Below, one piece after another: positions 19,465 through 28,770 of a stretch of 64,000 nucleotides of DNA. The notes beneath the pieces are model-generated. The model saw nothing but the letters and a program-made list of their open reading frames with translations, had not been told where the DNA came from and did not search any database. The stretch lies in contig CBDBDQ010000005.1 in assembly GCA_965203905.1 (NCBI GenBank), positions 2,144,001 to 2,208,000 on the forward strand, written 5' to 3'. Numbering within the stretch: the first letter of the stretch is position 1; the number at the start of each line of letters is the position of its first letter. Source of the stretch: Spirochaetia bacterium. Its GTDB lineage: Bacteria; Spirochaetota; Spirochaetia; SZUA-6; Bin103. A program made the translations under genes and the position numbers.

Positions 19465-20307
19465 ATGACACCACTGCGCCAGAGAATGATCGAAGACATG
19501 CGGGTGCGCAACCTGTCCCCGCACACCATCGAATACTACGTCCGCCAGGTCGCGTTGTTTGCCCGCTACTTCAACCGCTCTCCGGAGCTGCTCGGGCTCG
19601 ACGAAATAAGGGCCTATCAACTGCACCTGGTGCAGGAGCGAGAGCTGGCTTGGGGTAGCTTCAATCAGGCAGTCTGCGCCCTCCGCTTCCTGTACCTCAA
19701 GACCCTCGGCAAGGACTGGCACATCGAGTCCATCCCGTTCGCCAAGCAGCCCAAGAAGCTGCCGCTGGTCCTGAGCCAGGACCAGGTACGCTCGCTACTC
19801 GAAGCGATCACCAACCCGCAGCACCGCGTCATCGCCATGACCCTGTATGCCGCCGGGCTGCGGGTTTCCGAGGCCGTCTCCCTGAGGGTCACAGACATCG
19901 ACAGCAAGCGGATGCTGCTGCATGTCGTGCAAGGCAAGGGCCGCAAGGATCGTTTGGTGACGTTGTCGCCGCTCCTGCTGTACCACTTGCGCTGCCACTA
20001 CCAACGCTATCGGCCGCGCTACTGGCTGTTTCCCAGCAGGACCTATCCCGACCGCCACATCACCAGGGACGCGGTGGCCAACGCCATCGCCGCGGTGCGC
20101 CACGTCGTCGCCGGCAAGCCCGTATCCCCGCATACCTTGCGCCACTGTTTCGCCACCCATCTGCTGGAATCCGGCACCGATCTGCGCACCGTCCAGGCGC
20201 TGCTCGGACACGCCTCGATCAGGAGCACCGTGATCTACACCCACGTCACCCGCAAGCGCATCAGCGCGGTCGAGAGCCCGCTGGAGTCGTTGCCACCGCT
20301 GCGCTGA
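19465..20307 (+). CDS. Tyrosine recombinase/integrase
   Basis: GAGGAG RBS; GLRVSE, GKGRK, HTLRHCFATH, LLGH and IYTH catalytic residues. Confidence 0.95.
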   Translation: MTPLRQRMIEDMRVRNLSPHTIEYYVRQVALFARYFNRSPELLGLDEIRAYQLHLVQERELAWGSFNQAVCALRFLYLKTLGKDWHIESIPFAKQPKKLPLVLSQDQVRSLLEAITNPQHRVIAMTLYAAGLRVSEAVSLRVTDIDSKRMLLHVVQGKGRKDRLVTLSPLLLYHLRCHYQRYRPRYWLFPSRTYPDRHITRDAVANAIAAVRHVVAGKPVSPHTLRHCFATHLLESGTDLRTVQALLGHASIRSTVIYTHVTRKRISAVESPLESLPPLR

Positions 20308-20314
20308 GCTCCCA

Positions 20315-21529
20315 GTGCAGCAGCCCCCGTTCGAGGTGGCCGACGTCATCCGTACCCTGGCTGCGGCCGATGGTCGGGTGCCGGGGTTGCGGGTGTCGCA
20401 GGCTCAACAGCGCGTCCTCGGCGACCTCGCAGCCTGTCGTACCGCCAAGCTTGGTGGCCACGTCGATGCCTGCGATGCCTGCGGTGAGCTACGCGTATCG
20501 TACAACTCCTGCGGCAATCGCCACTGTCCCAAGTGCCAGGCGCAGCAGCGCGCGAAGTGGCTCGAAAACCGTTGCCAAGATCTGCTGCCGGTCCCCTACT
20601 TCCACGTCGTTTTCACCCTGCCGGCAGAGCTGGCGCCGCTGGCACTGCAGAACCAACGCGAAATTTATGGCGCCCTGTTCGCTGCCGCCGCCGCTACCCT
20701 CAGGACCATCGCTGCCGACCCCAACCATCTCGGTGCTCAGATCGGCTTCATCGCCGTGTTGCACACCTGGGGTCAGACCCTGGTGCACCATCCCCATCTC
20801 CACTGCGTCATCCCGGGTGGCGGGTTATCCCCCGACGCTGCCTCCTGGATCTCCTGCCGTGACGATTTCTTCCTCCCGGTCCGGGTCCTCTCACACCTCT
20901 TTCGCGGCAAGATGCTGGCCGCGCTCCAGCAACGCTTCGCTGCCGGTCATCTCCACTTCCACGGTGCTGTTGCTGAGTTGGCAGATCCCGCTCGCTTCCG
21001 AACGTTGTGCCGGCAACTGCGCCGCAAACGGTGGGTGGTGTACTCCAAGCCGCCCTTCGGCGGGCCCCAGCAGGTGCTCAAGTACCTGGCTCGCTACACC
21101 CATCGTGTCGCCATCGCCAACCGCAGGATCACGGCTGCCGATTCGGACTCCGTGAGCTTCCGTTACCGCGACTATGCCCGTGGCCGCCGTCACCGGGTGC
21201 TGAAACTCGACACCGTGGAGTTTCTGCGTCGCTTTCTGCAGCACGTCTTGCCCAACCGTTTCGTCCGTATCCGCCACTACGGCTTTCTCGCCAATCGTGC
21301 ACGTAAGGAAAAACTTCCGCGGTGCCGCTATCTGATTGCCCAAGCCTCCGGCCAGGACCTGATCACTGCGCCTGATCTCTCAGTTTCTCTCGAACCTCCC
21401 GGCGACGATCATCAACGCTGTCCGGTGTGCCACGCAGGAACCATGCGCCGCATCCAGGACTTCTGCTCTCAACCCACCTGGGAGTATGAGTACCTGCCTG
21501 GTCGCCGCGCTCCCCCCGAGGCCGCATGA
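20315..21529 (+). CDS. IS91-family (Y2 HUH) transposase with N-terminal zinc-binding domain
   Basis: CDAC...SCGNRHCPKC, HVVFTLP, HTWG, HPHLH (HUH), YLARY and RIRHYG. Confidence 0.95.
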   Translation: MQQPPFEVADVIRTLAAADGRVPGLRVSQAQQRVLGDLAACRTAKLGGHVDACDACGELRVSYNSCGNRHCPKCQAQQRAKWLENRCQDLLPVPYFHVVFTLPAELAPLALQNQREIYGALFAAAAATLRTIAADPNHLGAQIGFIAVLHTWGQTLVHHPHLHCVIPGGGLSPDAASWISCRDDFFLPVRVLSHLFRGKMLAALQQRFAAGHLHFHGAVAELADPARFRTLCRQLRRKRWVVYSKPPFGGPQQVLKYLARYTHRVAIANRRITAADSDSVSFRYRDYARGRRHRVLKLDTVEFLRRFLQHVLPNRFVRIRHYGFLANRARKEKLPRCRYLIAQASGQDLITAPDLSVSLEPPGDDHQRCPVCHAGTMRRIQDFCSQPTWEYEYLPGRRAPPEAA

Positions 21530-21769
21530 CTCCATCTCCAGAACACCATCCGTTCGATCTCATCACGCATCCCTTCGCGCCGCCGTGCCGTTGCTCCTGC
21601 GCACCCGTGCGCGGCGCCGGCCGCGAGCTCCCCGTCAGCCGCTCGTCGCTGCCTCATCGCTTGGCGCTGTCACTCAGCTCCCCGTTCTGCTCCGCGAGCC
21701 CGCGCCTGCCCGGGCACCCCCAGCACTCCGCCGCCACCGGGATACCGGCGTTCCAATCTCCATAGGCGC

Positions 21770-21891
21770 GCGGTTTAGTTCAATCAACCCTATCCGAACT
21801 GGCCCCGGCCACGCGGCAACGGCCAGCGTTCGCCGTTCGCGCGGCCAGCTCGGATAGACTCCTTCTCATTTCGGATAGACTCCTTCTCATT
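21770..21891. repeat. Structured right end of the element: 15-bp inverted copy of the left end, 15-bp inner stem and 21-bp tandem duplication
   Basis: gcggtttagttcaat (21770-21784) is the reverse complement of 19282-19296; 21790-21804 pairs with 21843-21857; tcggatagactccttctcatt occurs twice (21850-21870, 21871-21891). Confidence 0.9.
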
Positions 21892-22019
21892 ATGTCGTGA
21901 CCGAACTTCAGTTCATGCAAATCGATGTAGACGTCATGACCTGCCATTCTCAAGTCATCATGGAGTCTCGTAGCAATCTCTGCGTCTTCGTCAGCGTGAG
22001 AGATGAAAATGTGCTTCAG
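21892..22019 (-). pseudogene. 5' part of the TIR-ATPase gene (TIR N-terminus)
   Basis: Translates as LKHIFISHADEDAEIATRLHDDLRMAGHDVYIDLHELKFGHDI, a typical TIR start; GAGGAG precedes a CTG codon; not in the ORF track. Confidence 0.85.
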
Positions 22020-22542
22020 TTTCTCGGGCTCCTCAGTCGTGTGATTTGAGTGTTGAACAGATCGCGGAAGGTGCGCGGATACTCCCTAAGTGCTAGGAAT
22101 CGTCTGCGAATCGTTCGGTTGTGGTGTCGAATCTCTGCAGTCGGCGATTCCTCCCTCCGGTTGGAACGGCACCATAGTGGCTGGCCTGGTACTGAAAGAG
22201 GTGTAATGGTCGCATCAGTTACACCCCGTAGGATTAGTGACCGATCTATGGAGTTGTCGGTGAAGCTATGGGAGAGGTTGAGATGAGCGTTATAGCTTGG
22301 TGCTCGTCCAGCATGTATTGGCAGGGTGCCAAACATCAGATTTCGTGAAGAACGTTAACTCGCAAGGATGTTGGTCTGCGTGCTTCCTCGCGCCAGTGCC
22401 GACCATGATCGGTGCAGTTCAAGCTTGATCTCCTCAATGGAGCGAGAGTCATAGACGTCAAGACTCTTCACCTTCGGTACATCACGGTCGCCAAGGGGTC
22501 ACGGACGAGGGACTCGCTGATGACACCGTAGCACGATTCTGA

Positions 22543-24354
22543 CTAGTGCGTCCCGGCGGCGTGGACGTATTCCAGGCTCTGGTGGCGGAAGTAGGTGTTG
22601 TACAGCTCCGCGTAGTGGCCGCCGGCCCGGAGCAGGCTGTCGTGGGAGCCCTCTTCGATGATGCTGCCGGCGCGCAGCACCACGATGCGGTCGGCCTGTC
22701 TGATGGTGGACAACCGATGCGCGATGACGATCGCGGTACGCTCGTTCAAAAGCTCGTCCAGACCCTCCTGGATCAGCGCCTCGGTAAGGGGATCGACGCT
22801 CGCGGTGGCCTCGTCGAGGATGATCACGGAGGGGTCCTGCAGCAGCACCCGTGCCAGCGCCACGAGCTGGCGCTGACCCAGTGACAGGTTGCGGCCGCGT
22901 TCGGCCACCTCGGTGCTCAGGCCGTCCGGGAGGGTGGCGATCCAGTCGCCGGCTCCCACCCGCTGCGCCGCCGCCGCCACAGCGTCGTCGTCGGCGTCGT
23001 TCCTGCCGTAGCGGATGTTGTCCAGCACGCTGCCGTTGAACAGGAACGGCACCTGGGTCACGAACCCGAGCTGGGAGCGAAAGCTGGCCAGATCCAGGGA
23101 GCGTACGTCGCGCCCGTCGACCAGGATCTGCCCGCCCTGGAATTCGTAGAAGCGCGCCACCAGCTTGGTGATGCTCGACTTGCCGGAGCCGGTGTGTCCC
23201 ACCAGTGCCAGCGTCTCGCCGGGGTGGACGCTGAGCGAGAAGTTCTCGAATACCTGCTCCCCCTCCTTGTAGTGGAAGGTGACGTTGCGTAGCTCGATGG
23301 CACCGCTCAGCTCCGCCACCGGTTCGGCACCGGTCTGCGTCACCTGGGGATCGGCGTCGATCAGCGCGAACACCCGCTCGCCGGCCGCCAGGCCGAGCTG
23401 GAACTGACTCCAGAAGGAGGCGATGGAGGTGAGCGGAAACCACAGCAGCCCGATCCCCTGTAGGAACAGGTACCAGTCGCCGATGGTCAGGCCGCCGTGC
23501 TCCGCGCGCAGCCCTCCGCTGTAGGCGAGGATCGCGGTACCCAGCCCGGAAACCGTGAACAGCACCGGGAAGATACTCGAGAACACCACCCCGGAACGCC
23601 AGCTCAGCCGGAACGACTGCCGGTTGACGCCCGTGAACTGCTCGTACAGGACCTGTTCCTTGCGGAACGACTTGGCGATGTTGATGCCGCTCACCGTCTC
23701 GTGCACGTGGGCGCTCACCTCCGCCACCGCGCGCCGCGACTGGGTGACCACGTCCCGCGCCAGACGCCGAAAGCCGAGTGCCACCCCGACTACCACCGGC
23801 ACCAGCGCCAGCGCGATCAGGGTCAGCATCGGGTCGACGGTGAACAGATAGGCGAAGATCAGCAGCACCATGGTGACCTGGCTGAACACTTCCATGGTGA
23901 GGGTCACCACTTCGGAGAACGCCTGGGTGTCGGCGGTCACCCGGCTCACGATGCTCCCGGTGGGATACTGGTCGTAGAACGACAGGTCGTGGCGCATCAG
24001 CGCATTGAAGGCGTCGCCGCGCAGGCGCAGCACGACGCTGCCGATGGCGCGGGCGCCGAGCAGGCGGCGCACCACGTTCAGCCCCCAGCTTCCCGCGTTC
24101 AGCAGCGCGATCGCTACCACAATGGCGGCGATGGTGCCGGAAGCGGCATCGGCGTCGGCCACCAGGTCGATGGCGCGCGACATCACTACCGGCAGCGCCG
24201 TGGTCAGCAGGGATCCGGCGGCCACCGCCAGCGACACGATCAGCATGCGCCGCCCCTCGGCGCGGAAGTAGGTGAAGATGCGGCCCACCAGCTCGCGGTC
24301 GCCGTAGGTGCGGTCGTACTCTTCGGCGGCGATGCCGTCCATGAGGAAGCCCAC
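22543..24354 (-). CDS. ABC exporter, fused permease/ATPase (heterodimer subunit)
   Basis: TM domain plus GHTGSGKS, LSLGQ and ILDEAT. Confidence 0.92.
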   Translation of the reverse strand: MGFLMDGIAAEEYDRTYGDRELVGRIFTYFRAEGRRMLIVSLAVAAGSLLTTALPVVMSRAIDLVADADAASGTIAAIVVAIALLNAGSWGLNVVRRLLGARAIGSVVLRLRGDAFNALMRHDLSFYDQYPTGSIVSRVTADTQAFSEVVTLTMEVFSQVTMVLLIFAYLFTVDPMLTLIALALVPVVVGVALGFRRLARDVVTQSRRAVAEVSAHVHETVSGINIAKSFRKEQVLYEQFTGVNRQSFRLSWRSGVVFSSIFPVLFTVSGLGTAILAYSGGLRAEHGGLTIGDWYLFLQGIGLLWFPLTSIASFWSQFQLGLAAGERVFALIDADPQVTQTGAEPVAELSGAIELRNVTFHYKEGEQVFENFSLSVHPGETLALVGHTGSGKSSITKLVARFYEFQGGQILVDGRDVRSLDLASFRSQLGFVTQVPFLFNGSVLDNIRYGRNDADDDAVAAAAQRVGAGDWIATLPDGLSTEVAERGRNLSLGQRQLVALARVLLQDPSVIILDEATASVDPLTEALIQEGLDELLNERTAIVIAHRLSTIRQADRIVVLRAGSIIEEGSHDSLLRAGGHYAELYNTYFRHQSLEYVHAAGTH

Positions 24355-26207
24355 TAGCGCACCTCCCCGTTGGCCGCGATCGCCGGTGCACTGCCGTTTG
24401 CCACGGTAACGGCGTCCGGCGCGCGCAGCGGCGGCAGCTCGATGTCGTAGTGGCTGAAGATGCGCCGGTAGACCGGCGAGGTGGCCAGCAGCTCGTCGTG
24501 GCTGCCGGCGGCCGCCAGCCTTCCGCCGGCCAGCACCAGGATGCGGTCGGCCCAGCGGATCTGGGACAGGCGGTGGGTGATGATCAGGGTGGTGCGCCCC
24601 TGCTGCACGCTGCGCAGGGCACGCTGGATCTCATCCTCGGTGGCGCTGTCGATGGCGCTGGTGGAGTCGTCCAGGATCAGGATGCGGGGATCCTTGAGGA
24701 AGGCGCGCGCCAGGGCCAGCCGCTGGCGCTGGCCGCCGGACAGGGTCACGCCGCGCTCGCCGATGGTGGTGTCGTAGCCGTCCTGGAACGCCGTGATGAA
24801 CTCGTGGGCGGCCGCGGCGCGGGCGGCGGCTTCGATCTCCGCCCGGCTGGCGCCGGGACGGGCGAAGGCGATGTTCTCCGCCACGGTGCGGGAGAACAGG
24901 AATACGTCCTGCTCGATGTTCGCCACCTGCGAGCGCAGGCTGGTCAGGTTCCACTGCCGCAGGTCGATGCCGTCGACGGCGATGCGGCCGGCGCCGGGGT
25001 CGTAGGTGCGGTTCACCAGCTGCGTCAGGGTGGTCTTGCCGGAGCCGGTCTGGCCGACGATGGCCACCGTCTCGCCGGCCTCGACCTGCACGTCGATGTC
25101 GGCCAGCACCTCTTGGTTGTCGCGGTAGCCGAATGAGACCCCCTCGAAGGCGATGGCGCCGCGCACCGGCGCCTGGTGCCCGCCGGTGTTCTGGTCCAGC
25201 TCGGTGGTGGCGGTGAGGACGTGCAGGATGCGGCGCGTCCCGGCGAGCCCGTTCTGCACCATCGAGAAGGTGAACGCGGACATGAAGGTGGGGATGCGCA
25301 GCAGATTCATCAGCCCCACCAGCGCGATCAACTGGCTCAGCTCGATCCTGCCGGCGCGCAGCAGCCCGATGCCGTGCAGCAGGGCCAGGGCGATCGCGGC
25401 CCCGTAGAGCAGCATCGGCAGGTACAGCGCTTCGATCCGGCCCTGGCGTACGAACAGGTCGCGGAAGATGGCGGCGGCGCCGTGGAACCGCTTGCGTTCC
25501 CAGGTCTCGCGCACCGCCGCCTTGACCACCTCGATCCCGGAGACCGCCTCTTCGGCCGCGGCCGTGACGTGGCCGTACTGGATGCGCTGATTCATCAGCA
25601 CCGGCCCCAGCCGGCGCACGTAGTCGCGCACCGTCACCCCGAAGGCCGCCGCGTACAGCGTCGGCACCAGCAGCAGCGACGGATCGAGCAGGGCGATGTA
25701 CGTCAACGGCGCCGCGAACCCCAGCACCATGTCGGAGACGAACAGCAGGCCGGGGTGGATCATCTGGTTGAGATGGCGGGTGTCGTCGGTGGCGCGCGCC
25801 ACCAGGTCGCCGACCCGCTGGCGATTGTGGTAGGTCTGGCTCTTTCCCAGGAGATTGCGGTACAGCTCGTCGCGGGCATCGCGCTCCAGCCGGTGGCCGA
25901 GGGTCACCGCGCACAGGTTGTTGGCCAGCGCGAACAAGGAGTCGCCCAGCAGCACCACCAGCACCAGCAGCGCCGCCGCGAACAAGGCCGCGCCGCCGGC
26001 GCCGTCGATCACCACCTGCGCCACCCGTCCCACCATCACCGGTCCCAGTCCGAACAGCGACCAGGCGACGATCGAGAAGGTCACCGCGCCGCCGAGCAGC
26101 CAGGGATGGCGCCGCAGGTGGGAGAACACCCAGCGCCACGGCGAGCGGGTGTCGTAGGTGCGGCCGTCGCGCACCGCGGCCCCGGCGGCCGTGAACTCCG
26201 AGATCAC
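24354..26207 (-). CDS. ABC exporter, fused permease/ATPase (heterodimer subunit)
   Basis: GQTGSGKT, LSGGQ and degenerate Walker B ILDDS; start estimated at GTG 26207. Confidence 0.9.
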   Translation of the reverse strand: MISEFTAAGAAVRDGRTYDTRSPWRWVFSHLRRHPWLLGGAVTFSIVAWSLFGLGPVMVGRVAQVVIDGAGGAALFAAALLVLVVLLGDSLFALANNLCAVTLGHRLERDARDELYRNLLGKSQTYHNRQRVGDLVARATDDTRHLNQMIHPGLLFVSDMVLGFAAPLTYIALLDPSLLLVPTLYAAAFGVTVRDYVRRLGPVLMNQRIQYGHVTAAAEEAVSGIEVVKAAVRETWERKRFHGAAAIFRDLFVRQGRIEALYLPMLLYGAAIALALLHGIGLLRAGRIELSQLIALVGLMNLLRIPTFMSAFTFSMVQNGLAGTRRILHVLTATTELDQNTGGHQAPVRGAIAFEGVSFGYRDNQEVLADIDVQVEAGETVAIVGQTGSGKTTLTQLVNRTYDPGAGRIAVDGIDLRQWNLTSLRSQVANIEQDVFLFSRTVAENIAFARPGASRAEIEAAARAAAAHEFITAFQDGYDTTIGERGVTLSGGQRQRLALARAFLKDPRILILDDSTSAIDSATEDEIQRALRSVQQGRTTLIITHRLSQIRWADRILVLAGGRLAAAGSHDELLATSPVYRRIFSHYDIELPPLRAPDAVTVANGSAPAIAANGEVR

Positions 26208-26290
26208 CCGCGCACCCTGACCGTGATACCGGGCACCAGGAATTCGGGGTGGCGAGCCTTGGGCTGACTCGGGACGTGGTTCACCAGAGT

Positions 26291-26767
26291 CTATTCGAGC
26301 CGCTGGAGCAGAAACGTCCCCTCGCCCCATCCGGACTGTGTCGTCTCTCGGAGCATGGTTCTGGTCTCCGCAATCTTGAACTCGCAACGATGGGTCCCAT
26401 GGTCGAAGCCCTCGAAGGTCAGCCGACAGTCAGCGACAAGATCGCTGCGTCCGTCGTACGCGAACCTGATCGATACCGTGGCGCTGCTGAAGGAGCCTCT
26501 GCGGTATGACCAGCTCAGTGCCTGGTTGAGTGCGGAATCGAACGCTCGGCTGGCGTCCTTGAAGTGGTAGGTCACACGAATCGGCACGGCATAGACCTGC
26601 GAGTCCGGGTACCCTGCCAGCGGACCTCCGAACGAGTCGTTGGTCAGGATCAGCGTCTGGCCGTTCAGAGAACCTGGAGCGTACTCCGTCCGTATTACCG
26701 ATACCTTGCAGCCGGCGAGCGTCAGCAGCAAGGCAACGAGCGCGATGCCTGCATGGCGAATCTTCAT
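26291..26767 (-). CDS. Hypothetical lipoprotein
   Basis: MKIRHAGIALVALLLTLAGC lipobox; GGAGG RBS. Confidence 0.7.
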   Translation of the reverse strand: MKIRHAGIALVALLLTLAGCKVSVIRTEYAPGSLNGQTLILTNDSFGGPLAGYPDSQVYAVPIRVTYHFKDASRAFDSALNQALSWSYRRGSFSSATVSIRFAYDGRSDLVADCRLTFEGFDHGTHRCEFKIAETRTMLRETTQSGWGEGTFLLQRLE

Positions 26768-26904
26768 AGTGGGCCCCTCCGGAACTTCTCTGCATGACTC
26801 CAAGCTCGGCGGCGGCAGCGACTCATGCAAACGTGGAACGCGATTGATCGACGCTGAGCGTGTCACCGCTCAATCGTACAACAAGTGAGCAGAATATACC
26901 TCGG

Positions 26905-28266
26905 TCACCGCATCCAGGGCGTGGCAAGGGACCGCCGCGTACGGCTGCGGACGATGGCGTAGGCGGCGATTGCGGCTACGCCCGCCAGCAGCGGCACCAC
27001 CAGTGTGGACAGCGCGCGCTGCAGGCCGGCGCTGTCCGCCAGCAGGCCTATCGCGGAGGCGCCGACACCTCCAGGCAGCCAGCCCAGTCCCATCACCAGG
27101 CCGCCGGCGAGGCCGATGTTCCGCGGCCACGCCTCCTGCGCCATGATGATGACCACCGGATAGGTCATCCCGATCAGGCAACCGATGGCGGCGGTGAGGA
27201 GCAGCACTACAGCCGGTGCGCCGCCCGGTCCCACCGCCAGCAGGGCACCGTTGGCGAACACCAGCAGCGCGGCGGCGGCCAGCACCACCTGCCAGCGTCC
27301 GACCCGGTCGGAGAGCGCGCCTCCCAGCAGGCTGCCCGCCGGCAGGCTGCCCACCAGCACGAACAGCACCTGCGCCAGGCCGGTGCGGGCGCCGGCGTAG
27401 GAGTCGATCCACAGCGGCAGGTAGGTGGTCAGCGACACCTGGTACCAGGCCCGCGCCATGGCGAACAGCACGATCAGCGCGAGTGCGGTCCCGGCGGCGC
27501 GGGTGCCGACGGTGGGCGCCACGTCCGCGGCGTGGGTGGCGTTGGACTCGGCTGCCGGGGTGGGCGGCCCCGCCACGGTACGCTGTTCCGTGCTCCGCCG
27601 GCGCGTCCGCCCGGCGCTCGCGGGGGTCGCGCCGCGGCCCGGGATCAGCCACAGCAATGCCGCCGTCACGAGGGCCAGCGGCACGGCTACCAGGGTGCCG
27701 CGCAGCCCCTGCCACCCGATCACCGCCGCCATCAGCAGGGGGCTCAGGGCGGCCCCCGCGTTGCCGCCCACCGAGAAGATCGACATCGAGGCGCCGCGGC
27801 GCCGGCTGTGCGCCACCGACGCCACCACCGAGCCGGCGGGGTGGAACAGTGCCGAGCCCAACCCTCCCAGCGCGACCGCCACCAGCAGCGGCCAGAAGCG
27901 CGGCACCAGCCCCACGGTGCCGTAGAACAGCCCGCACCACAGCACCGCCAGCAGCACCAGGCGGCTGGCATCGAAGCGTTTCACCACCAGGCCCAGCAAC
28001 GGCTGGGGCAGGGTCATCCCCAGCGTCGCCACCAGGGTGACGGTGCCGACCTGGGCGAACGAAAAGCCCGCCTCGGCCACCAGCACCGGGTACACGATCG
28101 GCAGGAAGTTGGAAACCAGCTCGATGCCCAGGTGCCCGGCGGCGGCAAACAGCGACACCGAGACCATGGCGCGCGTGGCGGTGCGGGTGGACGTGGTATC
28201 GGGAACGGCCGCAGAACCGGTCGAGGGCGGCATAACGCTGATGCTCGCGCGCTTGCCCGCCGCCAT
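26905..28266 (-). CDS. MFS transporter (Fsr-like)
   Basis: About 12 TM segments; GSALFHP, GGNAG and GALSDRVGR; start uncertain. Confidence 0.88.
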   Translation of the reverse strand: MAAGKRASISVMPPSTGSAAVPDTTSTRTATRAMVSVSLFAAAGHLGIELVSNFLPIVYPVLVAEAGFSFAQVGTVTLVATLGMTLPQPLLGLVVKRFDASRLVLLAVLWCGLFYGTVGLVPRFWPLLVAVALGGLGSALFHPAGSVVASVAHSRRRGASMSIFSVGGNAGAALSPLLMAAVIGWQGLRGTLVAVPLALVTAALLWLIPGRGATPASAGRTRRRSTEQRTVAGPPTPAAESNATHAADVAPTVGTRAAGTALALIVLFAMARAWYQVSLTTYLPLWIDSYAGARTGLAQVLFVLVGSLPAGSLLGGALSDRVGRWQVVLAAAALLVFANGALLAVGPGGAPAVVLLLTAAIGCLIGMTYPVVIIMAQEAWPRNIGLAGGLVMGLGWLPGGVGASAIGLLADSAGLQRALSTLVVPLLAGVAAIAAYAIVRSRTRRSLATPWMR

Positions 28267-28401
28267 GCAAGCGGTGCGCGATATTCATGTAACACGCGTA
28301 AGCGTTCAGGCGACTTCGTTGCTCACCGCGGCGGTTCACCGTTATCATAGTCGGGAAGTAGGTATGCGCGCGCCTCGACGCAAACGTCCAATGAAACGGC
28401 C

Positions 28402-28770
28402 ATGTACGTACCACCCAACACGGATCTCGACAGTTTGTCGGAGAACGTGCATTACGTGGGCAGTCCCGAGCACAAGGATATTCCGAGCTTCGCGGGCCAA
28501 CCACGCCTACGTGCCGACGCGTCGTGCTGTCCGCGAAACCTTGCCGATGTCAAGACGCTGACGGAATGGCTTCGCACTGCCATCAAGCAAGGAGCTATTG
28601 GACTGCCGTGGGAGGGTCTATTCCCAAGATATGTGTGGTACAAACACGGAGATACCGTCTTTGAGCGGCGGTTGGTGAATCGTGGAAGTGGCTCCTACAA
28701 GGGGTATCCCCTTGCCGGAGATGAGTGGCCGCAGGGAATTGAGTTGAAGTATGGCACAGCTTCGGTCTGA
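28402..28770 (+). CDS. Hypothetical protein (possible 5' frameshift; alternative start 28364)
   Basis: YVGSPEHK...FPRYVW...YKGYPL; overlaps the next gene; lower GC. Confidence 0.6.
   Translation: MYVPPNTDLDSLSENVHYVGSPEHKDIPSFAGQPRLRADASCCPRNLADVKTLTEWLRTAIKQGAIGLPWEGLFPRYVWYKHGDTVFERRLVNRGSGSYKGYPLAGDEWPQGIELKYGTASV

Larger units (their letters stand above)
19285..21888 (+). mobile_element. Tyrosine recombinase + IS91-like transposase element inserted in the TIR gene
   Basis: Flanked by ATT at 19282-19284 and 21889-21891; removing the element and one ATT restores in-frame ...GHDIIEFMNE...; higher GC than the surrounding island. Confidence 0.9.

Noticed and set aside
19282-21784. Treating the 15-bp inverted repeat as classical terminal IRs
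   Set aside because: TIR-gene reconstruction puts the right end at 21888, about 100 bp beyond the IR, and there is no DDE transposase.
22016-22540. ORFs at the right edge of the island
   Set aside because: No recognisable motifs or RBS, and no att-like direct repeat shared with the left border that I could see.
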